A stretch of 64,000 nt of DNA, taken from an uncultured delta proteobacterium (GTDB lineage: Bacteria; Myxococcota; Kuafuiibacteriia; Kuafuiibacteriales; Kuafuiibacteriaceae). Numbering within the stretch: the first letter of the stretch is position 1; every line of letters starts with the position of its first letter. The DNA is taken from the NCBI GenBank assembly GCA_963803435.1, contig CAWDML010000009.1:384001-448000 (forward strand), written 5' to 3'. The position numbers were made by a program, and so were the translations under genes. Positions 34,326 through 47,093 of this stretch are shown one piece after another. Below the pieces are notes generated by a model. It did no database searches. It was not told where the DNA came from and saw only the letters and a program-made list of their open reading frames with translations.

Positions 34326-36857
34326 CGCCCGAACGTTTGCCGATCGACGCAGCCGGTCACCATCGACTGGTGATCGAGCGAGGATCCGAAGGCGCTCTGG
34401 TGCGGCTGGAATCGGACGCCGCGCACCACCACTCGGATCTGCGCTGGGCGCTCCTCGCGCACCTCTCGGTGTCGGGGGTGCGTCTGGATCCCGTGACGCG
34501 CAGCGCGCGGATCATGGGGGATCGGATCGAGCCGAGGCTCGGCGATCGCGCGCTGACGGTCCTTCGCCCCTTCGAGACCCGTTTCCTGGCCGACAATCTG
34601 GCGCCGCACGCGGCGACGGGGAGGACCGGCCCGATCCCCTCGCTGGCCACCGATCTGCACACGCACTTCGCCGGCTGCATCTGCGCCGACGACCTGATGG
34701 AGATCGGTGCTGCGGCCGGCGCTGTCTATCCCCGGTGGCTCCTCGAGCGCGCCGGGATCCACGCCGGAGCCGATCTCGAGGTCTCACGGATGAGCCCGGA
34801 GATCCGGGCACGCCTAGCGGCGGGGCTGGCCGTCCCGGCCGATCGGCAGCTCACGTTCCGCGAGATGCAGTCGATCTACCGGCTGCGCCAGCCGATCACC
34901 AAGATGGCGGCGACCTTCCTCCCGATGGCCCGAAGGATCGCGCTTGACTACGCGACCATGGGCGTCCGGTACGTGGAGCTGTCGCTGCACCAGATCGCGG
35001 AGGCTGCGCTCCTCGAGGCGGTTCACCGGGAGATGCCGCGGATCGAGGCGGAGACGGGCGTCCGGATGCGGTTCCTGGCGGCGTTCGGACGACAGGACGA
35101 TCACGAGTGGATGCTCGATTATCTCGATCGCGTCGCCTCGATCGCAGAGAGCCGCTATCTCGCCGGCATCGACGTGATGGGCCACGAGGTGAACTCGACG
35201 CACGAGTTCGCGCCGATCCTCGCGGACTTCGCGAAGCGGATCGAGCGCGTGCGTTCCGGCTTCGTGATCCGCGTGCACGCGGGCGAGAACGCGGCGCACC
35301 CCGAGAACGTGCGGGTGGCCGCCGAGGCGATCCGCGGTGCCGCCGTCCAGCTCCGGATCGGACACGGCCTCTACGGCGCGGATGCCGCCACGCTCGCGGT
35401 GCTCGAGGAGGTGAAGGCGATCGTCGAGTTCAACCTCGACAGCAACTTCGCGCTCAACAACCTGCAGACGTTCGCGCCCGAGGCCGCGCCGCTGTCGCGG
35501 TACCTCGAGGCGCGGATCCCGGCGGTGCTTGGCACGGATGGCTACGGCGTCTATCAGGTGACGCTCGAGGACGAGGCGCGGGCAGCGATGCTGTGCGGGC
35601 TCGACGAGGCCGGGCTCGAGCGGATCCGACAGGCCGAGGACCAGTATCTGGCAGGCCGGGAGGCGGCGGAGGGGCAGCTCCCGCGGGTCTTCGCGGTGCC
35701 GGCTGACGCCGATCCGTCGGGGCTGCGGTTCGGGCCGGCCGTGGAGGCGCGGAAGCGGGCGCGGATCGAGGCGCGCGATCGGGCGCTCTCGGACGCGCTC
35801 CTCGCCATCGGCGCCGAGCGCGTCGATCGACCCGCCGTCGATCGGCTGCTGCGGAAGAAGCGCGCGATCTCCTTCGCCGGCGCCTGGCGGGAGAGCTGGG
35901 CCCGGCTGACCGAGGAGGAGCGCGCTGCGATCGAACGCGTGATCACGGAGCTCCTGGCCGCCTGGGATCCGGCGGGCACCGTGCTCCTGACGGGCGGGAC
36001 GCGCCACGGCGTGGAGGCCGTGGTGCAGCGCCATGGACGCGCGCGCGGCTTTCCCGTGCTGGGCGTGTTGGTGAACGCCATCCATCCCGAGGATCTCGAG
36101 GTCGGATCGATCACGCACGCGCTCCTGATCGGGGAGACGATCTACGACAAGGCTGGAGGTCTGTATCGCCTGATCAAGGACCACGACGGCTGGTGTCTGT
36201 TCTTCGGAGGAGGCCCGACGGTCGGCGACGAGATCCAGACGGCGGACAATCTCCACCTCCCGCACCTGATGATGGACGGGCCCGGCGGCGCCAGCTCGCT
36301 GCATGCGCGGCTCCAGCCGGAGCGCGCCTTCCGGACGGCGGCGGAGGTGCTCGGCAAGATGGCCGCCCACCGGCACGCCGGCGGGCTGCGGCACCTGGGG
36401 CCGAACCCGGCGGTCGACGTGATCGCGGTGCGCGGCGGGACCCAGGTGCTCCTGGTCCGCCGCCGGGACGACGCCCGCTCGTTCGCGGGCGCGTGGGCGC
36501 TTCCGGGCGGGTTCGTGAAGAGCACGGCGCTGCCACGAATGCCCTGGGTGCCCGGCGCAGAGACGCTGCGGGAGGCGGCCGTGCGCGAGGTTCGCGAGGA
36601 GACCGGGCTGGAATCTGAGGAGCGCGATGGGGCAGCTCGTCTTCGCGGGCGAGCGCGAGGGCGGCGGACGGGATCCGCGCGACACGGCGGAGTCGTGGGT
36701 TCGATCGAGCGCGTTCTTCGTCGCGGTGGACGCGGAGCTGGCGGCCTCACCCATCGCGGGCGGCGACGACGCGGGTGACGCGCGCTGGTGGCCGCTCGCG
36801 AAGCTCCCCCAGCTTGCCTTCGATCACGATGAGATCATCGGCGACCACGTCCCGTGA
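34322..36857 (+). CDS. Adenosine-deaminase-like + SLOG + Nudix fusion (about 844 aa; +1 frameshift at 36611-36615)
   Basis: Deaminase: DLHTHFAG, RVHAGE, RIGHG, GTDG. SLOG: ISFAGA, LTGGTRHGVE, FFGGGPTVGDEI. Nudix: WALPGGFV, ETLREAAVREVREETGL, RDPR, GDDA, LAFDH. Confidence 0.8.
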
Positions 36858-38194
36858 AAGGTGATCGGGATGTGGTGATCGAACCAGGCCCGCGCGATCG
36901 GCCCGCCAGCGAGGGACCGGGCGTCGAACACGGCCAGGTGGGTGGCGTGCCGGCGGGCGTCGTAGACCAGCGTCAGCGCGAAGGCCTCGAGCTCGCCCTC
37001 ACCGGCCGGCACGATCACCGCCTCGGACGCGCGCTCGTGGCTGTCGAAGGCGAACGCCTCGAAGCCGCCGCTCTCCACGTCGAGGCGCAGAAGGCGGTGG
37101 GGCGCGGTCTCCGTCACGATCCAGGCGTAGTGATGGCGGCTCGCCTCCACGGCCGGGTGGACGCGGGGGAAGTCGGCCTGCGGCTCGAAGATCGGCTGGA
37201 GCGCGATCGACCTCGCCGCGAGATCGATCTCGGCGCGGCGGTAGCTGCCGCCGCGGACACCGCCGACCTCGTTGCGGCCGATCGCGCGAAAGCTCGAGAA
37301 GTCAGGGTAGTGGAGGAAGTCGACGAAGAGCCGGCCGGGCTCCTCGAAGGCGTTTGCGAAGTGCCACTGAAAGAACGGATCGGTCTCGAGCTTGATCGGT
37401 CGGTCCGGCCGATCGATCGGCACGATCAGCACGAAGGTGCCGAGCTGGGGACGCCACTGGAAGAGGTCCTCGAACGATCCGAGCTGGAGGAAGAGGCGGG
37501 GCGCGCTGGCCACCGCGGGCGGGACGAAAAAGACGAGGTGGTTCTCCGTGACGATGAAGTCGTGGAGCATCGGCGGCGCCTCCAGATCGAAGGTGCCGAG
37601 GTGGCGCGCAGGCCCGCAATCGGGGAGCTCGTAGAGCTCGAGCTTGGTGTGCCGGCCGTAGCGGACGCCGTAGGCGTAGGAGGCGCCGCGCTGGGGCACT
37701 CGGTGCGGATGCGCGCAGAGCGGGCCGCGGACGACGCCGCCGAGGTCGGTCTCGCCGCGGACGGACAGCACCGAGGGATCGATCCGCGTGGGGCGGGCCG
37801 CCTCCATCAGCGCCAGCACCTGCTCCTGCCAGCAGAGCACGTTCGTGTTGGCCGTGTTCTTCCGGCGCCCGGCGTGCACGTTGAGCATCCTGCGCAGCCA
37901 CGGCGCGGCGCTCCCATAGAGCGGGCGGCCCGCGCTCTGCTCCTCGAGGAGGCCGGTGGTGGGGAGGATGCGGGTGGCGCCCTCGGCGCGGCCGCCCGCG
38001 ATCCGGATCGCCGTCAGCGCGCCGTCGCCCTCGAACAGGTGGAGATACGGACGCCCGAAGGAGTCGAAGCGCCCCGGGCCCGTGCGGTAGAGCGTCCCCG
38101 AGAGCGAGCCCGGGAGCACGCCGTCGAGCGTGAGAGGCTCGAAGCCGTGTGGCCGGGTCAGGTTTTCGGTGCAGATCCGTTCGACCGGCGTCAT
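36824..38194 (-). CDS. Carotenoid/stilbene cleavage oxygenase (RPE65 family)
   Basis: LSGTLYRTGPG, HLFEGDG, NTANT; iron-ligand His motifs AHPH, LHDF, WHFAN, FHGTW. Confidence 0.9.
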   Translation of the reverse strand: MTPVERICTENLTRPHGFEPLTLDGVLPGSLSGTLYRTGPGRFDSFGRPYLHLFEGDGALTAIRIAGGRAEGATRILPTTGLLEEQSAGRPLYGSAAPWLRRMLNVHAGRRKNTANTNVLCWQEQVLALMEAARPTRIDPSVLSVRGETDLGGVVRGPLCAHPHRVPQRGASYAYGVRYGRHTKLELYELPDCGPARHLGTFDLEAPPMLHDFIVTENHLVFFVPPAVASAPRLFLQLGSFEDLFQWRPQLGTFVLIVPIDRPDRPIKLETDPFFQWHFANAFEEPGRLFVDFLHYPDFSSFRAIGRNEVGGVRGGSYRRAEIDLAARSIALQPIFEPQADFPRVHPAVEASRHHYAWIVTETAPHRLLRLDVESGGFEAFAFDSHERASEAVIVPAGEGELEAFALTLVYDARRHATHLAVFDARSLAGGPIARAWFDHHIPITFHGTWSPMISS

Positions 38195-39039
38195 GGGTCC
38201 TGGGGCTTGCCGATGCTCTGGACGAAGTCGAAGCCGAAGCGACCCTTGATGCAGAGGTGCCCGTGGGTGACCGAGGAGTCGACGGGTGAGGTGACCTTCA
38301 CGATCCGGTTGTCCTGGACGTGGAGCGTCAGCGCGCAGCCGACACCGCAGTACGCGCAGATGGTGTCGACCTGCTTCTGCTCCGCTTCGCGCCACTGATC
38401 CTTCTCGCGAAGATCGTGCTCGCTCTTGAACATCAGCGCGCCGGTCGGACACACGCCGATGCAGTTGCCGCAGTAGACGCACGCGGAGTCGGGGAGGGGG
38501 ACGTCGAGCTCGGTCGAGACGCGGGCGTCGAAGCCGCGTCCGGCGATCGCGATCGCGAAGGTGCCCTGCGCGTCCGTCCCGCAGGCCTCGACGCACTTGT
38601 AGCAGAGGATGCACTTGCCGTAGTCGCGGACGTAGAGCTCGTTGTCGATCTTGGTCGGCTGCTCGACGTCGCGCGCGGCCGGGCCGAAGCGCTCGGGCTC
38701 TCCGCCGTAGCGCGCGAGATAGCCGGGGATTGCGGGCGCAGTGGAGACGTCGACGGAGGAGGCGATCAGCTCCAGCACCAGCTTTCTCGAGGTCCGCACC
38801 CGCTCCGAGTCCGTGGCGATCTTCATGCCGGCCTCGGCCTTCCTGGAGCAGGCCGGCGCCAGGACGCGGGCGCCCTCGATCTCGACCACACAGACGCGGC
38901 ACACGTTCACCGGCGTCAGGTTCTCCGCGTAGCAGAGGGTGGGCGTGTCGATGCCGAGCGCGCGGCAGGCCTCCAGGATCGTGCTGCCCTCGGGGACGCG
39001 CGCGGTCTTTCCGTCGATGGTCAGCTCGATCTGCCTCAT
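38191..39039 (-). CDS. Fe-S subunit equivalent to the NuoG-like N-terminus of formate dehydrogenase alpha
   Basis: PTLC..CRVCVVE..AC [2Fe-2S]; CILCYKC and CVYCGNC..CP; C-terminal CAYCGVGC..LCIKG. Confidence 0.92.
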   Translation of the reverse strand: MRQIELTIDGKTARVPEGSTILEACRALGIDTPTLCYAENLTPVNVCRVCVVEIEGARVLAPACSRKAEAGMKIATDSERVRTSRKLVLELIASSVDVSTAPAIPGYLARYGGEPERFGPAARDVEQPTKIDNELYVRDYGKCILCYKCVEACGTDAQGTFAIAIAGRGFDARVSTELDVPLPDSACVYCGNCIGVCPTGALMFKSEHDLREKDQWREAEQKQVDTICAYCGVGCALTLHVQDNRIVKVTSPVDSSVTHGHLCIKGRFGFDFVQSIGKPQDP

Positions 39040-39041
39040 GT

Positions 39042-40796
<1,755 letters not shown>

Positions 40797-40816
40797 GTCT
40801 CCCTCTCTCTATATCT

Positions 40817-42717
40817 CTATATCCGATCGATCCGGATGGCGGCGGCCTTGAACTCCGCGGTGCCGGATCGGGGATCGACGGCGTCGATGGTGAGCTGATT
40901 CGTGTCGACCTCGTCCGGGAAGTGCAGCGTCATGAACGCGAGTCCAGGCATGAGGCCGGGATCGATCCGCACCGGGGCCTCGACGGCGCCGCGGCGCGAG
41001 CTCACGCGGACCCGCTCGCCGTCCTCGAGGCCGAGCCGCGCGGCGTCGGCGGGCGACACGTCAATCGTCTCGCCCCGCCGCATCGGGGACGCGAAGCCGC
41101 CCGACTGTACGCCCGTGTTGTACGAGTCGAGCCGCCGTCCGGTGGTGAGGCGGAGCGGATACTCGGCGTCGAGCGCCTCGACGGGCGGCTCCTGCGCCAC
41201 CACCGAGAACGGCGCCGCCGGCCCGCGGCGCGGCTCTTCCCAGAGCCGGCTGTGCAGGAACAGCTCGCCGGGATGGGATTCGTCGTAGCAGGGCCACTGG
41301 AGCCCGCCGAGGGCCTCGAGCCGGGGATAGCTCATCCCGGCGTGCATCGGGCTGACGCTCCTGAGCTCGTCCCAGGCCTCCTGTGCGGTGGGCTCGCCGA
41401 GATCCCGCCCAAGCCGGCGCGCCAGCGCGCAGATGATCGCGATGTCGTCGCGGGCCTCTCCCGGCGGATCGAGGGCCTTCCGGACCCGCTGCACCCGGCG
41501 CTCGCTGTTGGTGACCGTGCCCTCGCACTCGCACCAGGAGGCCGACGCGGGGAGGACGACGTGCGCGAGCTCGGCGGTCCGGGTGAGGAAGATGTCCTGA
41601 ACCACCACGATGTCGAGGTTCGACATCAGCTCGGTGGCGTGGGCACCATCCGCCTCTGACTGCGCCGGGTTCTCGCCGATGCAGTACAGCGCGGTCATCT
41701 TCTTGTCCTCCATCGCGTGGAACATCTGGCTCAGGTGCCAGCCGCTCTTCGGAGGGATGGTGCAGCCCCACGCCGCCTCGAAGCGGGCACGGATCGCGGA
41801 TCTTCGACGTCCTGGAAGCCGGGGAGCTTGTTGGGGAGCGCACCCATGTCACCGCCGCCCTGGACATTGTTCTGCCCGCGCAGGGGGTTCAGCCCGGAGC
41901 CGTAGCGGCCGACGTGGCCGGTCAGCAGCGAGAGGTTGATCAGCGAAAGGACGTTGTCGACGGCGTTGTGGTGCTCGGTGATCCCGAGCGTCCAGCAGAC
42001 GACGGCCCGATCGGCCTTCGCGTAGTCGTGCGCCAGCTGGCGGATGAGGGACGCGTCGACGCCGGTGATCGTCTCCGCCGACTCGAGCGTATAGGGCTCG
42101 ACGCCGCGGGCGTACGCGTCGAAGCCGCTGGTGGCGCGCTGGATGAACGTGTCGTTGGTGAGGCCGCCGTGGATGATCTCGCGACCGACCGCGTTGGCGA
42201 GCTGGATGTCGGTGCCCACCTGGAGGGCGAGCCACGCGTTCGCCCACTGGGCCGAGGTGGTCCGCCGCGGATCGATGACGTAGAGCTTGGCGCCCCGCTG
42301 CACGGCCTTGAGGACGTGGTGGAAGAAGATCGGGTGGGTCTCCCGAGCGTTCGAGCCCCAAAGAATGATCAGGTCGGACTCCTCCACCTCCCGGTAGGAA
42401 GTCGTGCCGCCCCCCGCACCGAAGACCGTCGCCAGACCGACGACGCTAGGCGCGTGTCAAGTCCGGTTGCAGCTGTCGATGTTGTTGCTACCCACGACGC
42501 TCCGGATGAACTTCTGCGCCAGATAGTTCACCTCGTTCGTCGCCTTCGAGCAGCTGAACATCCCGAACGTGCTCGGGCCGTGCGCGTCCACCGCGTCGCG
42601 GATGCCGCGGGCCGCCACATCGAGTGCCTCATCCCACGAGGCTGGCCGAAGTCGACCGCCCTCGCGGATCATCGGCTGCGTCAATCGGGTCCGTGTGGAG
42701 CTCGCGTGCGCCTTCAC
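40817..42717 (-). CDS. fdhF: Mo/W-bisPGD formate dehydrogenase catalytic subunit, selenoprotein (UGA at 42457-42459; -1 frameshift near 41797)
   Basis: NNIDSCNRT-TGA-HAPSVVGL aligns with FdhF ..U-HGPSVAGL; LRGQNNVQG; TVTNSERRVQ; LTTGR; AEFK. Confidence 0.9.
42427..42445 (-). promoter_or_regulatory. Bacterial SECIS element
   Basis: 11 nt after the UGA: stem CGUCGUC/GGCGACG with apical loop GGUCU. Confidence 0.85.
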
Positions 42718-42766
42718 GCGGCGTAGTCTAGGAAGTCAGAGGCGAAACGACAAGCGGGCGGAGGCG

Positions 42767-44125
<1,359 letters not shown>

Positions 44126-44244
44126 GTGCTCGGGCCGCGCCTTCGAATCGAATCCTGACTCCAACCGAGCCGCTGAACCCCAAATGCTCATGTTTGATCA
44201 ACCCGCGCTGCGCACGGGTCCCTTCCTCGTTCCGGGAGCATAGA

Positions 44245-44259
44245 GCAACGTGCGTGCCA
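44245..44259 (-). promoter_or_regulatory. sigma54 promoter
   Basis: Consensus TGGCAC-GCACG-TTGC. Confidence 0.8.
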
Positions 44260-44405
44260 GCGTTGCGGGTGCCGTCGATGTGTGAGGCGAGCACAGCTGG
44301 CCGATCGCCGCCCCCATCCTGCGACCATCGAATCTCCGGGAACGGAGAAGAGACGGATACGCCACGGCCGGAACGCGTCGGGTGGGGCGCTCTGCCGCGG
44401 TGGCG

Positions 44406-45782
44406 TCACGTCGTGGGTGTCACCGGGTGGCCGAGATAGGTCTCGAGCTTCCGGTACAGCGTGCGTCGATCGAACCCCAGGACCTTGGCCGCGGCAGACT
44501 TGTTCCCGCCCATGGCGTCGAGCACCTCGAAGATGTAGCGGCGCTCGACCTCGGCCAGTGAGGGCAGCTCGGTGGGGTCGGTGGTCTGGACAGTGAAGTC
44601 CTTGGGGGCGTAGCGGCGGATCTTCTCCGGCAGGTCGTCGATGACCAGCTCCTCGAACTTGGTGAGGGCGACGGCGGCCTCTACGCAGTTCTCGAGCTCG
44701 CGCACGTTTCCGGGCCAGTTGTACTCGCGGAGGCGGTGCGCGACCCCCGTCGAGAGACCCGTCACGCGCTTGCCGGTGCGCTCGGCGGCACGGCCGATGA
44801 ACGCCTGAGCCAGCAGGAGCACGTCGTTGCCGCGGCTCCGGAGCGGAGGCATGTCGATCCGCACCACGTTGATCCGATAGTAGAGGTCCTCGCGGAAGCG
44901 GCCGGTCTCGACGGCGTCCTCGATGTCTCGGTTCGTCGAGGCGACGATCCGCGCGTTGAACGCGTGCTCGGTGGTGCCGCCGACCCGACGAACCCGGCGA
45001 TCCTGGAGGGCGCGCAGCAGCTTGGCCTGCATCTCGTTCGGCATCTCGCCGATCTCGTCGAGGAGGATCGTTCCGCCCTCGGCCTGCTCGAAGAGGCCGG
45101 CCCGATCGTGCTTGGCGTCGGTGAACGCACCCCTCACGTGACCGAAGAGCTCGGACTCCAGCAGCGTCGCCGGAAGCGCGGCGCAGTTGATGGCGACGAA
45201 GGGCGCCTTCTTGCGGTGGCTCCGCTGATGGAGCGCCTGCGCGACCAGCTCCTTGCCCGTCCCGCTCTCGCCGCAGATCAGAACGGTGGTCTCGGTGTCG
45301 CCGAGTCGCCCGATCAGATCGTGGATGCGGCGCATCGGCGGGCTGTCACCGATCATGACGTCGTTCGGCGCCGAGATCTCGATCTGCTGCTTGAGCCGCC
45401 TCACCTCGCGCTTGAGCGCGCGATGCGCGAAGGCCCGCTGCGCGGCGATGGCGAGCTGCTGCCGCTCGCAGGGCTTGACCACGAAGTCGAAGGCGCCGGC
45501 CCGGATGGAGGCGATCGCCGTCTCCAGGCTTCCGAACGCGGTCATGACCACCACCGGGACGTCGGGGGTGGCCCCCGTGATGCGCTGGCAGAGCTCCAGG
45601 CCGTCCATCTCTTCGAGGTGGAGATCGGCGAGGACCACGTCGTAGTCCTCGACCGCATGCATCGAAAGGGCCTCCTCCGCCGTCAGACACCAGTCGGGCT
45701 CCAGGCCCTCCCGCTTCAGCCAATCGGCCGCCAGCTCACAGAACTCGCGCTCGTCATCGACGATCAGGACGTGGCCCTTCAT
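44406..45782 (-). CDS. NtrC-family sigma54 response regulator (tandem paralogue of 42767-44125)
   Basis: VDDE, GESGTGKE, GAFTDA, HTH FDRRTLYRKL. Confidence 0.95.
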   Translation of the reverse strand: MKGHVLIVDDEREFCELAADWLKREGLEPDWCLTAEEALSMHAVEDYDVVLADLHLEEMDGLELCQRITGATPDVPVVVMTAFGSLETAIASIRAGAFDFVVKPCERQQLAIAAQRAFAHRALKREVRRLKQQIEISAPNDVMIGDSPPMRRIHDLIGRLGDTETTVLICGESGTGKELVAQALHQRSHRKKAPFVAINCAALPATLLESELFGHVRGAFTDAKHDRAGLFEQAEGGTILLDEIGEMPNEMQAKLLRALQDRRVRRVGGTTEHAFNARIVASTNRDIEDAVETGRFREDLYYRINVVRIDMPPLRSRGNDVLLLAQAFIGRAAERTGKRVTGLSTGVAHRLREYNWPGNVRELENCVEAAVALTKFEELVIDDLPEKIRRYAPKDFTVQTTDPTELPSLAEVERRYIFEVLDAMGGNKSAAAKVLGFDRRTLYRKLETYLGHPVTPTT

Positions 45783-46519
45783 CGACCTTCTCCTAGCGGC
45801 AGTCGAACCCGAAAGCACGCTCCGCGTTCGGTGGGTGGGATGAGGTCGATCGTTCCGCCGTGGCGCTCGACGATGTTCCGGCACACGGTCAACCCCAGCC
45901 CGGTCCCTCGGCCTTCGTCCCTCGTGGTGTAGAAGGGCTCGAACACGCGCTCGCGATCGACCTCGGGGACGCCCGGGCCGGTATCGCTCACGTCGATCGT
46001 CGCCCACCCGCCGGCGTGGGAGAGGCGGACCTGGACGAGCCCGGGCGCGGTCTCCATCGCCTGAAGCGCGTTCGCGATCAGATTGACGAGGACCTGCTGG
46101 ATCTGGCCGGCATCCACCAGGGCCTCGAACTGCGCGTCGCCCTCGGTCGCCGACACCTCGATTCTGGATCGGCCCGCGAGCGCCTCGGTCAGCTCCACGG
46201 CCTCCCGGACGATGGCGAGCACCGAGGCCCTCCTCGGCTCGATCGAGGTGGTGCGGGCGAAGTCGAGCAACCGTCCCAGCGACCGTGCGATCCGGTTGGC
46301 CTGCTCGGCGATGCGGCGGGCGGAGTCGCGGGCGCGGTCCAGGTCCGATGCGGACTCGGCGATGATCGAAGCCCGCCCGGCGATCACGCTCAAGGGCGTT
46401 CCGATGTCGTGAACGTAGGCCGCAGCCAGCCGCCCGATCGTGGCCATTCGATCGGCGTGTCGGAGACGGCTCTCCAGGTCCGCGCGCGCCGTCTGCGCAG
46501 TGGGGGTCCGGTTCGTCAT
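45779..46519 (-). CDS. Sensor-less histidine kinase (HisKA + HATPase only)
   Basis: HDIGTPL, NLIANALQA, DTGPG, FEPFYTT, GTGLGL; 246 aa. Confidence 0.88.
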   Translation of the reverse strand: MTNRTPTAQTARADLESRLRHADRMATIGRLAAAYVHDIGTPLSVIAGRASIIAESASDLDRARDSARRIAEQANRIARSLGRLLDFARTTSIEPRRASVLAIVREAVELTEALAGRSRIEVSATEGDAQFEALVDAGQIQQVLVNLIANALQAMETAPGLVQVRLSHAGGWATIDVSDTGPGVPEVDRERVFEPFYTTRDEGRGTGLGLTVCRNIVERHGGTIDLIPPTERGACFRVRLPLGEGR

Positions 46520-46576
46520 CGTCGTCCTCGATCGACGTCTACCAGAACCGGATCGGTTTCAGCGACGCGTATTCGG

Positions 46577-46996
46577 TCAAACCTCCTGGGGTGCGTCGAG
46601 CCGCAGGGACTCGAAGCGGGTTTGGTCCCAATACTCGGCTTCGGTGGGCTCGAAGTAGATGGCGCAGAGGTTCGGATCGTCGGGCCCCAGCGGGAACCAG
46701 GGCCGGAGGCTCTCGTTCCAGAGCGCTTCCACCCGGTCCGGCTCCGTGGTGGCACCCGCGAAGCCGGTCATGCTGAGAAACCTCTCGTCGGCCGGATCTT
46801 GAAAGACTACGGTCGCACGGGCGTCGCCGCCGAGCTCGACGATCTTTCGCGACTCGTCGTTGCTCAGGAACCAGAGGATGCCGTCGCCCTCGCGCCCGGC
46901 GATCCGCATCGGGCGTGCATGCATCGATGCATCCTCTGCATGGGTCACCAGCATGCCGACCCGAAATTGCGCGAGGATCCCGTTCATCCGCTGCAT
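46577..46996 (-). CDS. Pyridoxamine-5'-phosphate-oxidase-like general stress protein
   Basis: GMLVT..MHARPM..LWF..RK..W..WFP.GPDDPNL..EAEYWD. Confidence 0.85.
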   Translation of the reverse strand: MQRMNGILAQFRVGMLVTHAEDASMHARPMRIAGREGDGILWFLSNDESRKIVELGGDARATVVFQDPADERFLSMTGFAGATTEPDRVEALWNESLRPWFPLGPDDPNLCAIYFEPTEAEYWDQTRFESLRLDAPQEV

Positions 46997-47009
46997 CGAG
47001 GAGCAAGAT

Positions 47010-47071
47010 GCGAGCGACGTGCCATCGGTCGGCCCTCGGTGGACAGGGCGGCCTGCGGCACGATGGCTGCA
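47010..47071. promoter_or_regulatory. Back-to-back divergent sigma54-like promoters
   Basis: Minus 47010-47024: TGGCAC-GTCGC-TCGC. Plus 47056-47071: CGGCAC-GATGG-CTGCA. Confidence 0.6.
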
Positions 47072-47093
47072 CGATTCCAGCGGAGAGCTGAAG

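Noticed and set aside
40797-40822. CT/AT-rich dinucleotide-like patch
   Set aside because: Short intergenic spacer containing the stop codon and a purine-rich RBS on the minus strand; too short for a contingency repeat.
42718-42730. TAGACT 7 nt before the fdh GTG, suggesting a leaderless transcript
   Set aside because: A single hexamer with no supporting -35 element and an uncertain start codon; not supportable without start-site data.
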